Part shown: positions 48,446 through 58,146 of the stretch, in pieces
Layout of the letters: each line of letters begins with the position of its first letter
Numbering within the stretch: the stretch's first letter is position 1
From: a virus
Length of the DNA: 64,000 nt
IMG/VR virus record: IMGVR_UViG_3300005518_000002
Location: 17,860-81,859 of that record
Reading direction: 5' to 3' (one strand)
Program-made: the position numbers and the translations under genes
The notes under the pieces: model-generated
What the model saw: the letters and a program-made list of their open reading frames with translations, nothing else
The model's database searches: none
Told to the model about the DNA's origin: nothing

Positions 48446-49043
48446 GCACAACGGCTGGCCGTCTGCGCCGGACTACCCGGCAGGCATGCAGCGTCCGGCG
48501 AACCGGACCACGCTGACCGCGGACGAAGCCACAGCACGGGGCACGGACGGATTCGGGCACCCTCTGGGACCCGACTCCACGTTCCCCAACGGCACCGGAG
48601 AGATCTTCCCCCCGGGCACCCGGGGCACGATGTCCTCGGGCAAGGGGGGAAAGCACAGCAACCTGCTGGATCTGATCAAGACCCTGGAGGACGGCGATCT
48701 GGGTGACCAGGTCGAGATGCACGCCTATGTCGAGGACGCACGCGCACTGTTCATGCGCATCGCAGTGATCATCGCACTGGCGTCCGGCGGGATGAAGGAA
48801 GACGCCAAGCGCAAGGCCCGGGAGTCCGCGGACGGCCGCATGACCCTCGGGGACAAGATCAAGCTGGCTGCCGCGCTGCGGAAGATCTCCCGCAAGTTCG
48901 GCGCGGCCGCCGACCACGCCGCTGACGCGGCCGCCGACATGGCAGCCTCCTGGCGGATCATGGAAAGCTGCCTGGACGATCTGGAGCAGGGAGCGGCAAA
49001 GCCGCAGGCCAAGCGCGGTTTCAACATCACTCGCGGTCGTTAG
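48438..49043 (+). CDS. TraA-like plasmid transfer protein
   Basis: Helical RKISRKFGAAADHAADAAADM region; located between spdB-like and traB. Confidence 0.55.
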   Translation: MAEHNGWPSAPDYPAGMQRPANRTTLTADEATARGTDGFGHPLGPDSTFPNGTGEIFPPGTRGTMSSGKGGKHSNLLDLIKTLEDGDLGDQVEMHAYVEDARALFMRIAVIIALASGGMKEDAKRKARESADGRMTLGDKIKLAAALRKISRKFGAAADHAADAAADMAASWRIMESCLDDLEQGAAKPQAKRGFNITRGR

Positions 49044-49046
49044 GGG

Positions 49047-51020
49047 GTGGCCAGGATGAGCATCAACTTCGGTGCACGATTCGGCTGGCTGATGGCTGAG
49101 AAAACGGCTCCCTTTTCGGCGCCGGTACTGCTCAGCCTGGCTGCTATGCCGCTTGCCGTTCTCGCCCACTGGGGCTGGGGGGACGATCCGGTCTGGATCG
49201 CTGTCCTGGCTGTGGTCTCCACGATCCTGACCGCCTCCACGTACTGGACCTGGGGCCGCCGCAGCCGGGAGAGCCAGCGGGTGGCCACGGTGTTCACCGC
49301 CCTGGTACTGGGCTGGATCACCTTCGCGGCCGCGTCCAGCCCCTTCAACTCCGGCATGGTCAGTGCCTGGCTGCTCGGAACCGTCGCTCTCGGCATCCTG
49401 TGGGGTATCCGGCACGCCGGTCTCAAGCCCTCCAGCGAGAACGACAAGCAGGTCAGCGAGCCCGACCCGCTGGGCGGTCGTGTGGGCGTGCTGAAGGGAG
49501 CCCGGACAAAGAAGATCAAGGGGGACGACGAAGCGGTGGAGGCACGGGTGCAGATGCCCCGGGGCGGAGCCACCGTGGCGGATGTCCAGGCAGCCCGGGA
49601 CACCATCGCTTCGGCCGTCAGCATGGGGACGGACCAGGTCACCGTCCGGCCGGTCAAGGGACGTGCGGACCAGGTTGACCTGGCCTTCACCCAGCCCGTG
49701 GACATGGACAAAGTCCTGGCCTGGACAGGTCCGTCCCACCCCGGGAAGTCCATCGCGGATGCCCCGATCCGTCTGGGCTACCGCATGAACGGCAGCGAGA
49801 TCGCCTGGTGGCTGGTCGGGTCGGGAGACCCCGCCAACCCCCGGGTGCTGTCCCACACGCTGTGCACCGGCATGACCGGCTCCGGGAAGACGGAGACGAT
49901 CTGCACGGCGATCATCGAGATGCGCTCCCGCACGGACATCGTGCCGATCGTGGGAGACCCCGCCAAGTTCGCGCAGAGCTTCGGGGACATCGCGGACTGC
50001 CTGGAGATCGCGGCCAAGACCCCGGCCGAGGTCAAAAAGCTGATCAAGAACCTGCCGGACGCCGTGGTCTACCGTGCCGGGCTGCTGGGCACCCTGACCA
50101 GGGCAAACGGCCAGGTCGGGTACAAGGAGTGGATCCCGGAGTGCTACACCCTGCACGGGATCCCGGCAGTGTTCATCGACATCGAGGAAGCGGCCGACGT
50201 CGCCGATCTGATCGCTGATGAGCTGGACGAAGCAGTGCGCAAGCTCCGCTCCATAGGCATCCACCTCTGCATCTCGATGCAGACCGCACCGCACGACAAC
50301 ATGGCGCGCAAGACCCGCGGGCAGTTCGGCCAGTCGCTGGCCCACGGGTGCCAGGAAGCCCAGGATGCCAAGTACTCCCTGAACTCGAACACTCTCGACG
50401 CAGGGGCGGACCCCACCAAGTGGGGCAACGAATCCCCCGGCTCGCTGTATGCGGAGCTGGTCGGCACGGACAAGCTGCACTGGTCCGTGGACGGCAAGGT
50501 GCTCGCCACGACGTACGAGCAGAAGCGCACGTCGATCAGGGACACGAAGCGGTACTGGGCACACCTGGACGCCGGGACGAAGCAGATCCTCGGCCGGGGG
50601 ATCATCCTCCAGGACGAGCAGTTCCTGGCCGCGCTGCCGAGCGTTCCGGCCGACAGGGAAGTACCCGAAGAGGATGTGAGGCGGGACCTACACGCGGTCC
50701 CGACCGACGAAGGAGTGGTGGATGTGACACAGGAACTTCAGCCTCCGGTAGGTCCCCGGGTGGCCTTCGGGTCGCCCGAGCGTGACCGGATGAGCACCGA
50801 GGATGCACGTGCGCTGATCGAGGGAAGGATCGACGATCTGGAAGCCGGGGGCCGCGATTCGGTGGGCTTCGGAGACCTCGAAGATCTCGCCGCAGTGACC
50901 GGCCGCCAGCGCACCTGGATCTACCAGGAGCTGACACGGCTGGTAAAGGAGGGACGCCTGGTGGAGGGAACGAAGCCCCCGTACGCCATCAAGAGGCGTT
51001 CCGAGACAGCTGTCAGCTGA
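49047..51020 (+). CDS. traB: TraB-type FtsK/SpoIIIE conjugative DNA translocase
   Basis: N-terminal TMs, WTGPSHPGKSIADAPIRLG, Walker A GMTGSGKT, IDIEEA, RSIGIHLCISMQ, AGADPTKWGN, C-terminal wHTH (RQRTWIYQELTRL..EGRL). Confidence 0.85.
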   Translation: MARMSINFGARFGWLMAEKTAPFSAPVLLSLAAMPLAVLAHWGWGDDPVWIAVLAVVSTILTASTYWTWGRRSRESQRVATVFTALVLGWITFAAASSPFNSGMVSAWLLGTVALGILWGIRHAGLKPSSENDKQVSEPDPLGGRVGVLKGARTKKIKGDDEAVEARVQMPRGGATVADVQAARDTIASAVSMGTDQVTVRPVKGRADQVDLAFTQPVDMDKVLAWTGPSHPGKSIADAPIRLGYRMNGSEIAWWLVGSGDPANPRVLSHTLCTGMTGSGKTETICTAIIEMRSRTDIVPIVGDPAKFAQSFGDIADCLEIAAKTPAEVKKLIKNLPDAVVYRAGLLGTLTRANGQVGYKEWIPECYTLHGIPAVFIDIEEAADVADLIADELDEAVRKLRSIGIHLCISMQTAPHDNMARKTRGQFGQSLAHGCQEAQDAKYSLNSNTLDAGADPTKWGNESPGSLYAELVGTDKLHWSVDGKVLATTYEQKRTSIRDTKRYWAHLDAGTKQILGRGIILQDEQFLAALPSVPADREVPEEDVRRDLHAVPTDEGVVDVTQELQPPVGPRVAFGSPERDRMSTEDARALIEGRIDDLEAGGRDSVGFGDLEDLAAVTGRQRTWIYQELTRLVKEGRLVEGTKPPYAIKRRSETAVS

Positions 51021-51125
51021 CAGTGTCAGACAGTGTCAGAAAGGCTGTCAGAAGCCGTGTCAAAGGCTCCTGACAGCCCCTCTGGCCTAAGACTCTCCCC
51101 GCCTGACACGATCACGTGTCAGGAA
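51010..51125. repeat. TGTCAG/CTGACA repeat cluster at 3' end of traB
   Basis: CTGTCAGCTGACAGTGTCAGACAGTGTCAGAAAGGCTGTCAGAAGCCGTGTCAAAGGCTCCTGACAG. Confidence 0.75.
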
Positions 51126-51155
51126 CACTGAACACAGAGAAACGGAAAGATCATC

Positions 51156-51365
51156 ATGACTCGTATCCTTGCCCGCTGGACGGCGGAGATCGTCGTCTTT
51201 GTGGGTGCCCTCATAGAGATCTACTTGTTCGCCAGCCTGCTCCCCGGGGACAGTGTCGATCTCCCTGTCGGCGGCACCCTGGTGACCATGCTCCTGATCG
51301 GAGCAGTCACCGCCGCTGTCGCCATTCCGCTCTGGTCGCACGGCCGCAAGCGCGACCGTGCCTAG
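51156..51365 (+). CDS. Small two-TM protein (Spd-like)
   Basis: 69 aa, hydrophobic, directly after traB. Confidence 0.55.
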   Translation: MTRILARWTAEIVVFVGALIEIYLFASLLPGDSVDLPVGGTLVTMLLIGAVTAAVAIPLWSHGRKRDRA

Positions 51366-51469
51366 GCATCACCACGGGCGCCGGGGACACCGTCGCCGTC
51401 ACAGCGGGAACGGAGACCTGATCTTCTGGGTCGGCCTGTTCCTCACCATCGTCTGGATCGCGGACCACT

Positions 51470-51862
51470 ATGGAAAATGAGATCGAGCGGCGGCAGCGCC
51501 TCGGGGAACTCACCGAGTACCTGCGGACGCAGCCGCTCACGAACACAGACCAGGGACAGCACGTCCACATCCACTACCACCAGGCGCCCGCCAGTACAGC
51601 GCCGGTCGACCAGAACCCGGGACAGAGCGTCCTGGACAAGTACACCCCGTACTTCATCCTGCTCCTGGCGGGGTGCGTGATCCTCGCGATCGTCGCGGTG
51701 ATCGCCGTCATCCTCCTGCCCATGGTCGTGACCATGCTGATCGCCGTTGCGGTCTGCCTGGGCGCGGTCGCCGTGCTGGCGCTGGCCGTCAGCGGCTCGC
51801 TGCGCAATATGCGGCTCCAGAAAATGGATGAAACCCTCCTGAAGAAAGTGATCAAAAAGTGA
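51470..51862 (+). CDS. SpdD-like membrane protein
   Basis: QHVHIHYHQAP followed by ~45 hydrophobic residues. Confidence 0.55.
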   Translation: MENEIERRQRLGELTEYLRTQPLTNTDQGQHVHIHYHQAPASTAPVDQNPGQSVLDKYTPYFILLLAGCVILAIVAVIAVILLPMVVTMLIAVAVCLGAVAVLALAVSGSLRNMRLQKMDETLLKKVIKK

Positions 51863-52545
51863 GCAGAGACCCGATGCTGGTGATCGTCCCCACCCGGGGA
51901 CGGCCGGAGAACATCGTCCGGCTGGAGGCCGCACTCACCGAGACCGGCACGATCGAGGCCGACTTCCTGTACGTGGTCGATCATGACGATCCGGCGCTGG
52001 ACGACTATCTCTCGCTCGGCCTGCGCCGGATCACGGTCATGCAGCGCCGGGCGCGTCTCGGCCGGACCCTGAACCATGTCTCCCAGCTCTACCGGGAGGC
52101 GTACGACGTGATCGGTTTCATGGGGGACGACCACTGCCCGCGGACCCCGGAATGGGACAAGCGGATCATGGACTCACTTCTGGAGGGCGCACCGCGGGTC
52201 GTCTACGGCAATGACCTCCTCCAGGGGGCGAACCTGCCGACGGCCGTCTTCATGCACAGCAGGATCATCAAGGAGCTCGGCTACATGGTTCCGGCGACCA
52301 TGGTCCACCTGTACCTGGACAACTTCTGGAAGGAGCTGGGCGCCGGACTGGACGGCCTGGTCTACCGGCCGGACGTGGTCATCGAGCACATCCACCCGGC
52401 TGCGGGCAAGGCCCCGATGGACGACGGGTACCGTGAGGCGAACTCGTCGGAGCAGGACCGGGCGGACCGGGAAGCCTGGCTGGCGTACCAGCAGAACTCT
52501 CTGCCCTACGCGGTCAAGAGGATCCGGGAGGCGTACGACAAGTGA
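51859..52545 (+). CDS. GT2-like glycosyltransferase
   Basis: LVIVPTRGRP, VVDHDD, FMGDDH, HLYLDN. Confidence 0.8.
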   Translation: MSRDPMLVIVPTRGRPENIVRLEAALTETGTIEADFLYVVDHDDPALDDYLSLGLRRITVMQRRARLGRTLNHVSQLYREAYDVIGFMGDDHCPRTPEWDKRIMDSLLEGAPRVVYGNDLLQGANLPTAVFMHSRIIKELGYMVPATMVHLYLDNFWKELGAGLDGLVYRPDVVIEHIHPAAGKAPMDDGYREANSSEQDRADREAWLAYQQNSLPYAVKRIREAYDK

Positions 52546-53138
52546 CCTTGAAATCAGGCGTAACAGCCGTCGTGTCTGCACACACTCCCCGTGTGCAGAC
52601 ACGCTTGCATTCCGCACTGGACAGTGTGCTGATGCAGACCCGTCCGGTGGACGCAATCAGCGTCTCCGTCGATCATCACCACGAAGGTGCCGCTGCCACG
52701 AAGAACCGGGCGCTGGCGGCCGTGGGCACCGAGTGGTCGGCCGTGCTGGATTCGGACGATCTCTGGTTCCCCGAGCACGTCGCACTCCTGCTCATGCATG
52801 CCGAGCAGACCGGAGCCGACATGGTCTACCCGTGGTTCGAGGTGGAGAACGGGTGGGATCCGTTCCCGATGTTCGAGGGCCAGCCGTTCGACCCGAACGC
52901 GCTCAACGAGCAGAACTACATCCCGACCACGGTGCTCGTCAGGACAGAGCTGTTCCGGAGCACCGGGGGCTTCCAGCCCCTGGGACCGGAGGAGAATCCC
53001 TGCGACGACTGGGGGGCCTGGCACGCGCTGCGGAACGCGGGAGCGAAGATCGAGCACCTGAACCGGCGGACCTGGAAATGGGTCTGGCACGATACGGACG
53101 GGGACCGCAACACCTCGGGGAGGGGGAACGCGTGGTGA
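52542..53138 (+). CDS. GT2 glycosyltransferase
   Basis: ALDSVLMQT, GAAATKNRAL, LDSDD, CDDW. Confidence 0.85.
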   Translation: MTLKSGVTAVVSAHTPRVQTRLHSALDSVLMQTRPVDAISVSVDHHHEGAAATKNRALAAVGTEWSAVLDSDDLWFPEHVALLLMHAEQTGADMVYPWFEVENGWDPFPMFEGQPFDPNALNEQNYIPTTVLVRTELFRSTGGFQPLGPEENPCDDWGAWHALRNAGAKIEHLNRRTWKWVWHDTDGDRNTSGRGNAW

Positions 53139-53287
53139 GGAAGAAGGCCACCCGCGACGGACCGGAGAAGTGCATCCATGGTCACCGGTACGACGAGAAG
53201 AACACGTACCGGCACAAGGGGAAGAAGTTCTGCCGGAAGTGCCATGCAGCGGGCCAGCGTGCGCGCCGGAGGAGGGGGGCCGCGTAA
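53132..53287 (+). CDS. Small Zn-binding basic protein
   Basis: CIHGHRYDEKNTY....CRKC. Confidence 0.6.
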   Translation: MVRKKATRDGPEKCIHGHRYDEKNTYRHKGKKFCRKCHAAGQRARRRRGAA

Positions 53288-53598
53288 TGATCAAAACCCT
53301 GCTGGTCACGGACAACGTGATCCGCCCGCAGCAGTGCGAGCTGTACCGGGGGCACACGTGTGCTGTGGTCAACAAGCACCACATCTGTCCGGAGTCCTGG
53401 TGGCACGCGGCCGGAGTCCTGGTGGACACTCCGATGATCGTGCTGTGCCCGAACTGTCACTACAACACGCACGCAGCCATCGACGGCATGATCCGGGAGC
53501 GGGACCTGCACTGTCTGCCGCCCCGCTGCATCAAGCTGGCGGAGCAGGCGTTCACGCTCGCTCTTGCCGCCGGTCTCACTCCCGCCCTTACTCTCTGA
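53287..53598 (+). CDS. HNH endonuclease
   Basis: KHHICP...VLCPNCHYNTH. Confidence 0.7.
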   Translation: MIKTLLVTDNVIRPQQCELYRGHTCAVVNKHHICPESWWHAAGVLVDTPMIVLCPNCHYNTHAAIDGMIRERDLHCLPPRCIKLAEQAFTLALAAGLTPALTL

Positions 53599-53607
53599 GG
53601 ACTGATC

Positions 53608-54519
53608 ATGAAGGCACTCGTCACCGGCAACAAAGGGTTCCTCGGCCGTCACTTCGAGGCTGAACTCGTCCGGCGCGGCTACGACGTGACCGGCCTGGAC
53701 ATCAAGACCACGAAGAGCCAGGACTGCCGGAGGTTCTTCCAGAGCTCGGAATCTCTGAAGAAGGAGTTCGATCTGGTGGTTCACGCCGCTGCTGTGATCA
53801 AGGGGCGGGAGACGATCGACGGGGCTCCGCTGGCCACCGCGGTGAACCTCGGACTGGACGCGGACATGTTCCGCTGGGCTTCGCTGGCCCGTCCGGGACG
53901 GGTGCTCTACCTCTCCAGCTCCGCCGCGTACCCCGTGTGGGCACAGGACGGGGAGCCCTCCTCCCCCTCCACGCAGGGTGGTCTGGGAGAGTTCTCGGTA
54001 GACGTCACCCGGGACGGAGGAGTCTCCCGGCCGGACCAGGTCTACGGCTGGAGCAAGGTCGTCGGAGAGGTGCTGACGCACGAGCTGCGCCGGACCGGCG
54101 TACCGGTCAGCGTGGTCCGGCCGTTCAGCGGATACGGCGCGGACCAGGACGACACGTACCCCTTCCCGGCCTTCGTCCGCCGGGCACTGGAGCGCCAGGA
54201 CCCCTTCGAGGTCTGGTGCGGCTCGTGCGTCAGGGACTTCATCCATGTCAGCGATGTGGTGGCGGGTGCGCTGGCCGTGGCTGAGGACGGCACCGAGGAT
54301 CCGGTCAACCTGTGCACCGGACGCGGGACCAGCTTCGACGACCTGGCAGAAATGATCACCGATGCCGTCGGATACTCCCCGGAGATCCTGGAACGGGCCG
54401 ACAAGCCGACCGGCGTCCGGCACCGTGTCGGAAGCACGCTGCGCATGTCCAAGATCTATGAGCCGGTGGTCACGCTGGAAGCCGGGATCGCGCTGGCGCT
54501 GGAGAAGTCGGCGGACTGA
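53608..54519 (+). CDS. NAD-dependent epimerase/dehydratase
   Basis: GNKGFLG, LSSSAAY, YGWSK, RPFSGYG, RDFIHVSD. Confidence 0.88.
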   Translation: MKALVTGNKGFLGRHFEAELVRRGYDVTGLDIKTTKSQDCRRFFQSSESLKKEFDLVVHAAAVIKGRETIDGAPLATAVNLGLDADMFRWASLARPGRVLYLSSSAAYPVWAQDGEPSSPSTQGGLGEFSVDVTRDGGVSRPDQVYGWSKVVGEVLTHELRRTGVPVSVVRPFSGYGADQDDTYPFPAFVRRALERQDPFEVWCGSCVRDFIHVSDVVAGALAVAEDGTEDPVNLCTGRGTSFDDLAEMITDAVGYSPEILERADKPTGVRHRVGSTLRMSKIYEPVVTLEAGIALALEKSAD

Positions 54520-54586
54520 GCGTGTTGTGAGCCGCTTGGCGCAGGGTGTACTGTTTAACTAAACAACTGAAACAGACCAGGGACCA

Positions 54587-55288
54587 GTGATCATCATGCG
54601 CACCGTCACCAGCACCCAGACCCTCCGCACCGTCATCGAGCGGGCCATCGCCAAGCAGCACCCGGTGACGATCTCGTACGTCACGGCCAGCGGCCGGAAT
54701 GTTGTCCGCACCGTGGAGCCCTACCGGATCAGCGTGTCGGCCGCTGGTGACGTCCTGGTCAAGACGATGGACCGCGAGTCGGGCGACTACCGCAGGTTCC
54801 GGCTCGACCGGATCACGCACTACACCGTGCACCGCACCTACTTCTCGATCAAGAACCCGACCCACCTGACGGAGGTCGTCCTGTCCGTCGACAGCGGCGT
54901 TCCGGCCACGGCAGCCGAAAAGATGACCATGATCCGCGAAGCGGTCCTGTTCACGATCAAGCACAGCAACGGCAACCCTGCCGACGTCGACATCGACGGA
55001 ACGGTCGGACTCCTTGCAGCGGAGACCGGGGAGATCACACCGAGCCGTATCTGGGAGGCAATCCGCATGAACAAGACCCCCGAGTACCGCACCAGCAACG
55101 GTGTGGCCATCCGCGCCGGTCTGCGGGTGCTCGACTACGACCGTAAGACCGGCAGCGTCGGCCACGCGCAGTTCACCCGCGGCGGCAGCTGTGACCCCGG
55201 TGGCGAGTACTTCAATGGCTGGTTCGAGGTCGTCCGGGACGACGGCAGCACGGCCCTGTTCAACGGTGAGCGCCTGCGGGCGCTCTGA
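54587..55288 (+). CDS. WYL-domain protein lacking N-terminal HTH
   Basis: AIAKQHPVTISY..SG....RTVEPYRI...YRRFRLDRI. Confidence 0.8.
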   Translation: MIIMRTVTSTQTLRTVIERAIAKQHPVTISYVTASGRNVVRTVEPYRISVSAAGDVLVKTMDRESGDYRRFRLDRITHYTVHRTYFSIKNPTHLTEVVLSVDSGVPATAAEKMTMIREAVLFTIKHSNGNPADVDIDGTVGLLAAETGEITPSRIWEAIRMNKTPEYRTSNGVAIRAGLRVLDYDRKTGSVGHAQFTRGGSCDPGGEYFNGWFEVVRDDGSTALFNGERLRAL

Positions 55289-55345
55289 CCCACCATCCCG
55301 GCCGGGAGGCAGACGCCTCCCGGCTCCGTCTATGAAAGGAAGATC

Positions 55346-57295
55346 ATGGCCAGGGACAAGTACCGGCACCGGACCGAGGACCGGGGGCGCGGCATCGTCG
55401 CCGTCTTCTCGGAGGGTCCGAGCAGCGAGGTGAACGCGGTCGACCGCGAAGGCCGGTCCTTCGCCAAGCGGGAGCTGACGTTCGAGCCGGGGCTGACCGG
55501 CAGGCCGGTTTCGGGCGGCGGCCGGTTCTACGACCATGGCGCCATGTACGAGGCGCAGCAGATCTTCGTCACGAAGAAGCTCACCCCGAGGGAGGACTGA
55601 TCATGGCACGTAAAACCGACTACCCCACAGGCAATCCGAACGGCATGTCGTTCATCTGCAACAGGTGGGTGTTCACCGGTCCGCAGGGCTACCGCGTCCA
55701 GAAGCAGGGCGACAAGTGGAGCGTCGTCTCGTACACCGCGAACGACACGCGTCCGGTGTCCAGCGGTGCCCGGATGACCGAGGACGACGCGCACGCGCTG
55801 GCAGCCGAGCTGGCCGGAGGTCACTGACCATGCCGATTCGCGATGTCCTCCAGGCAGCCCTCCGTCGGCTCAGCTGGTCTCAGCACGAGATCGACACGGC
55901 GCTGACCGAGCTCCAGGAGGACGTACTGACGGACCCCACGCTGTCCGACCACACGGCCTACCGGGAACTGGCGGACGCAGTGGTGGAGCAGATCGGCTGG
56001 CTCTCCGGGGACGGGGACAGCTGGGACGGCGACGACGACGAACTGACCATCCTGAAGAACTGGCTCACGGTCTCCGGGAAGTGGCTGCCGGAGATGTACG
56101 CACACCTGACTGCGGAGAAGATCAGGTTCTGCTGCAACTGCCTCGCGGGAGCGGGCTCGTGCGATGCGGCGGCCGACCGGATCGACCCGTGGCTCTCCAG
56201 CACGGAGCACGAGAGCTGGGGAACTCTGGTCCGGAAGTCGGACGGCACCGAAGTGCCCTGGAAAATCATGAACGCCGTGGAAGTCCTGAGGAACAAGGAG
56301 AAGTGACCATGAAGAAGACGATCACCATCCGGCTCACGCTGGACAACATCGAGACCGCACTGAAGCCGGGCGACGTGTTCGCCGACGACCCCGAGTTCGG
56401 GGCTGTCCGGTCCGCCCGCAAGCACGCCAACGGCACGGACGCCATGGTGTACACCGACAAGGGCAGCCGGGACTCCCTCGGCCTGCCGCAGACCGTGCGC
56501 GTGATCCGGGAGACCTGATCATGGAGAAGAAGCTGTACCTCGTGGGGGTTTCGCAGGGGGCTCCGGTGAGCGTCCTCGGCCCGTACCAGGAGAGCGAGCT
56601 CCGTCCGCTCATGACCGGCCGCAGGCAGCTGGAGGACGCGGGAGCCGACGAAGGCGTCTACCGGGCGCGGGCGCTCAGCGCCGAGGAAGCGCTGGCGCAG
56701 GTCGAGCGGGACCTGAGGGAAGGGAACTGATCATGGGACAGCGGGAACGGCTGGAAGCGCTGCGCAAGGACGCGAATGATCCGACACTTGAGGCCGGAGA
56801 CCTCGTGTTCTGCCGGGGCATCTACGCCAAGGTTCGGATGATCAGGGAACACAAGCCGGGTACACACTCGTGGTCACCGATCAAGAACGAAATGACGGCC
56901 CGGGAGATCGTGACAGACCTCGGCTCACGGTGGTTCGGACGCTGAGAGACCGGTCGGGTGCAGGGGCTGACGTCCCTGCACCCCCTCAGGCCGTCAGCCT
57001 GGAACAAGATCACAGACCAGCACGAGGAGAGATCATGGAAAAGGGATACACCGTCGTCCAGGTCACGGACCTGGCCCCCGGGGACCGGATCGCGCAGGTG
57101 TTCCCCGTCAGGGAACGCGGCATCGTCCGCAAGGGGGAGCGGGTGGTGAAGATCCTGGACGTCCAGCCGGAGACGGTTGAGCGCTGGGGCGAGAAGCTTC
57201 CGGTCTGCCGCGTCCTCGGTATCGACCCTGATCAGGGGGACGGGGTCGTGAAGTGGCTGGCCGTGCCGTCCCGCCGGTACGTCGTCGTCCGCTGA
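55346..57295 (+). CDS. Small early genes (55346-55600, 55603-55827, 55830-56306, 56309-56518, 56521-56730, 56733-56945, 57035-57295)
   Basis: Tightly packed ORFs with GGAG RBS and TGA-NN-ATG junctions. Confidence 0.65.
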
Positions 57296-57297
57296 CT

Positions 57298-57326
57298 GAG
57301 GGGCCCTTCGGGGCCCCTTCTTCCTT
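57298..57326 (+). terminator. Intrinsic terminator
   Basis: GAGGGGCCC-TTCG-GGGCCCCTTC followed by TTCCTT. Confidence 0.8.
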
Positions 57327-57415
57327 AAAAATCACGGTTTATTTTTAAAGCCCCAGGTCAGGGCGTTGATCGAAACTTTACAACGAGCCGGATTAGCTGT
57401 TTACTTAAAGCAGAA
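57327..57415 (+). promoter_or_regulatory. AT-rich promoter region
   Basis: UP-like AT tract, TTTACA...TACTT spacing, overlapping CTGTTTACTTAAA box. Confidence 0.6.
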
Positions 57416-57419
57416 CAAC

Positions 57420-57800
57420 AAAACAGCACGACCGAGCCACCGGGGGTCCAATCCCCCCGGAGCCCGGGGAAGATCGGGAAGAGGACGCTACGGTCAGCCT
57501 CACCGGATCACCCCACAGGGGCAGCGGATCGGGAGTCGAGATCTTCTCCTCCCCCGCAGGATCGGAGCCCGGAACATAACCGGGCGGGTCACGCAGCAGA
57601 CCTCAAGCGCTCGTCGCAGCTGGAGACAGGCACCGGACCTCCGCAAAACCGGTAGACGAACCGAGTAGGAGATCGGGCGCGGCTGGCATGAGGGTCAGTC
57701 ACCGTACCTCCCAAAGGACGAGTCGGAAGCACCGGCCAGCAACGGCGTAAGGGCAGCGAGCTACAGACTGCATCTCACGGGGCCGCCGGTGACGCACTAC
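57420..57800 (+). ncRNA. Candidate long structured RNA
   Basis: No credible ORF; stems GGGGAAGATC/GATCTTCTCC, GCCCGG/CCGGGC, GTCACCG/CGGTGAC. Confidence 0.5.
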
Positions 57801-57806
57801 ACACGA

Positions 57807-57884
57807 CCCTCCGCTCACAGTCGAAGTCCAGATATGACCCCGCACTGGAGTGACTGCCCGTTCGAGTCGGGCCCGGAGGGACCA
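57807..57884 (+). ncRNA. tRNA-like element lacking D-arm and anticodon, ending ACCA
   Basis: CCCTCCG/CGGAGGG acceptor; T-arm GCCCG-TTCGAGT-CGGGC; inner stems CAGTC/GACTG and TCCAG/CTGGA. Confidence 0.65.
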
Positions 57885-57922
57885 ACCGCACACCAACTGA
57901 AGATCACAACAAGGAGCACACC

Positions 57923-58126
57923 ATGATGGAATTCCCCCTCGGCACGCCGGTCGCCTACAAGGGGTCCGAGCGGTGGCCCAGCGCCATCGCTGCTGTGGTC
58001 GTCGAGCCCTTCATCGTGAACGGCCAGACCGACCCCGAGCGCGTGATCATCGACTGCGGGCCGACCCGGTACGCCGCTCCTTACGACCGGGACACCCGGA
58101 TCGTCTGGACCGACCAGCTGACCTGA
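57923..58126 (+). CDS. Small SH3-like hypothetical protein
   Basis: 67 aa, AAGGAG RBS. Confidence 0.65.
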   Translation: MMEFPLGTPVAYKGSERWPSAIAAVVVEPFIVNGQTDPERVIIDCGPTRYAAPYDRDTRIVWTDQLT

Positions 58127-58146
58127 TCATCGCTATCCCCCGATAA

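Noticed and set aside
57366-57668. 100-aa ORF in track
   Set aside because: TTG start inside promoter, no RBS, atypical codon use; region better explained as RNA
57420-57884. tmRNA
   Set aside because: Acceptor stem closes locally (57807-57884), no G3:U70 Ala identity, no tag reading frame enclosed
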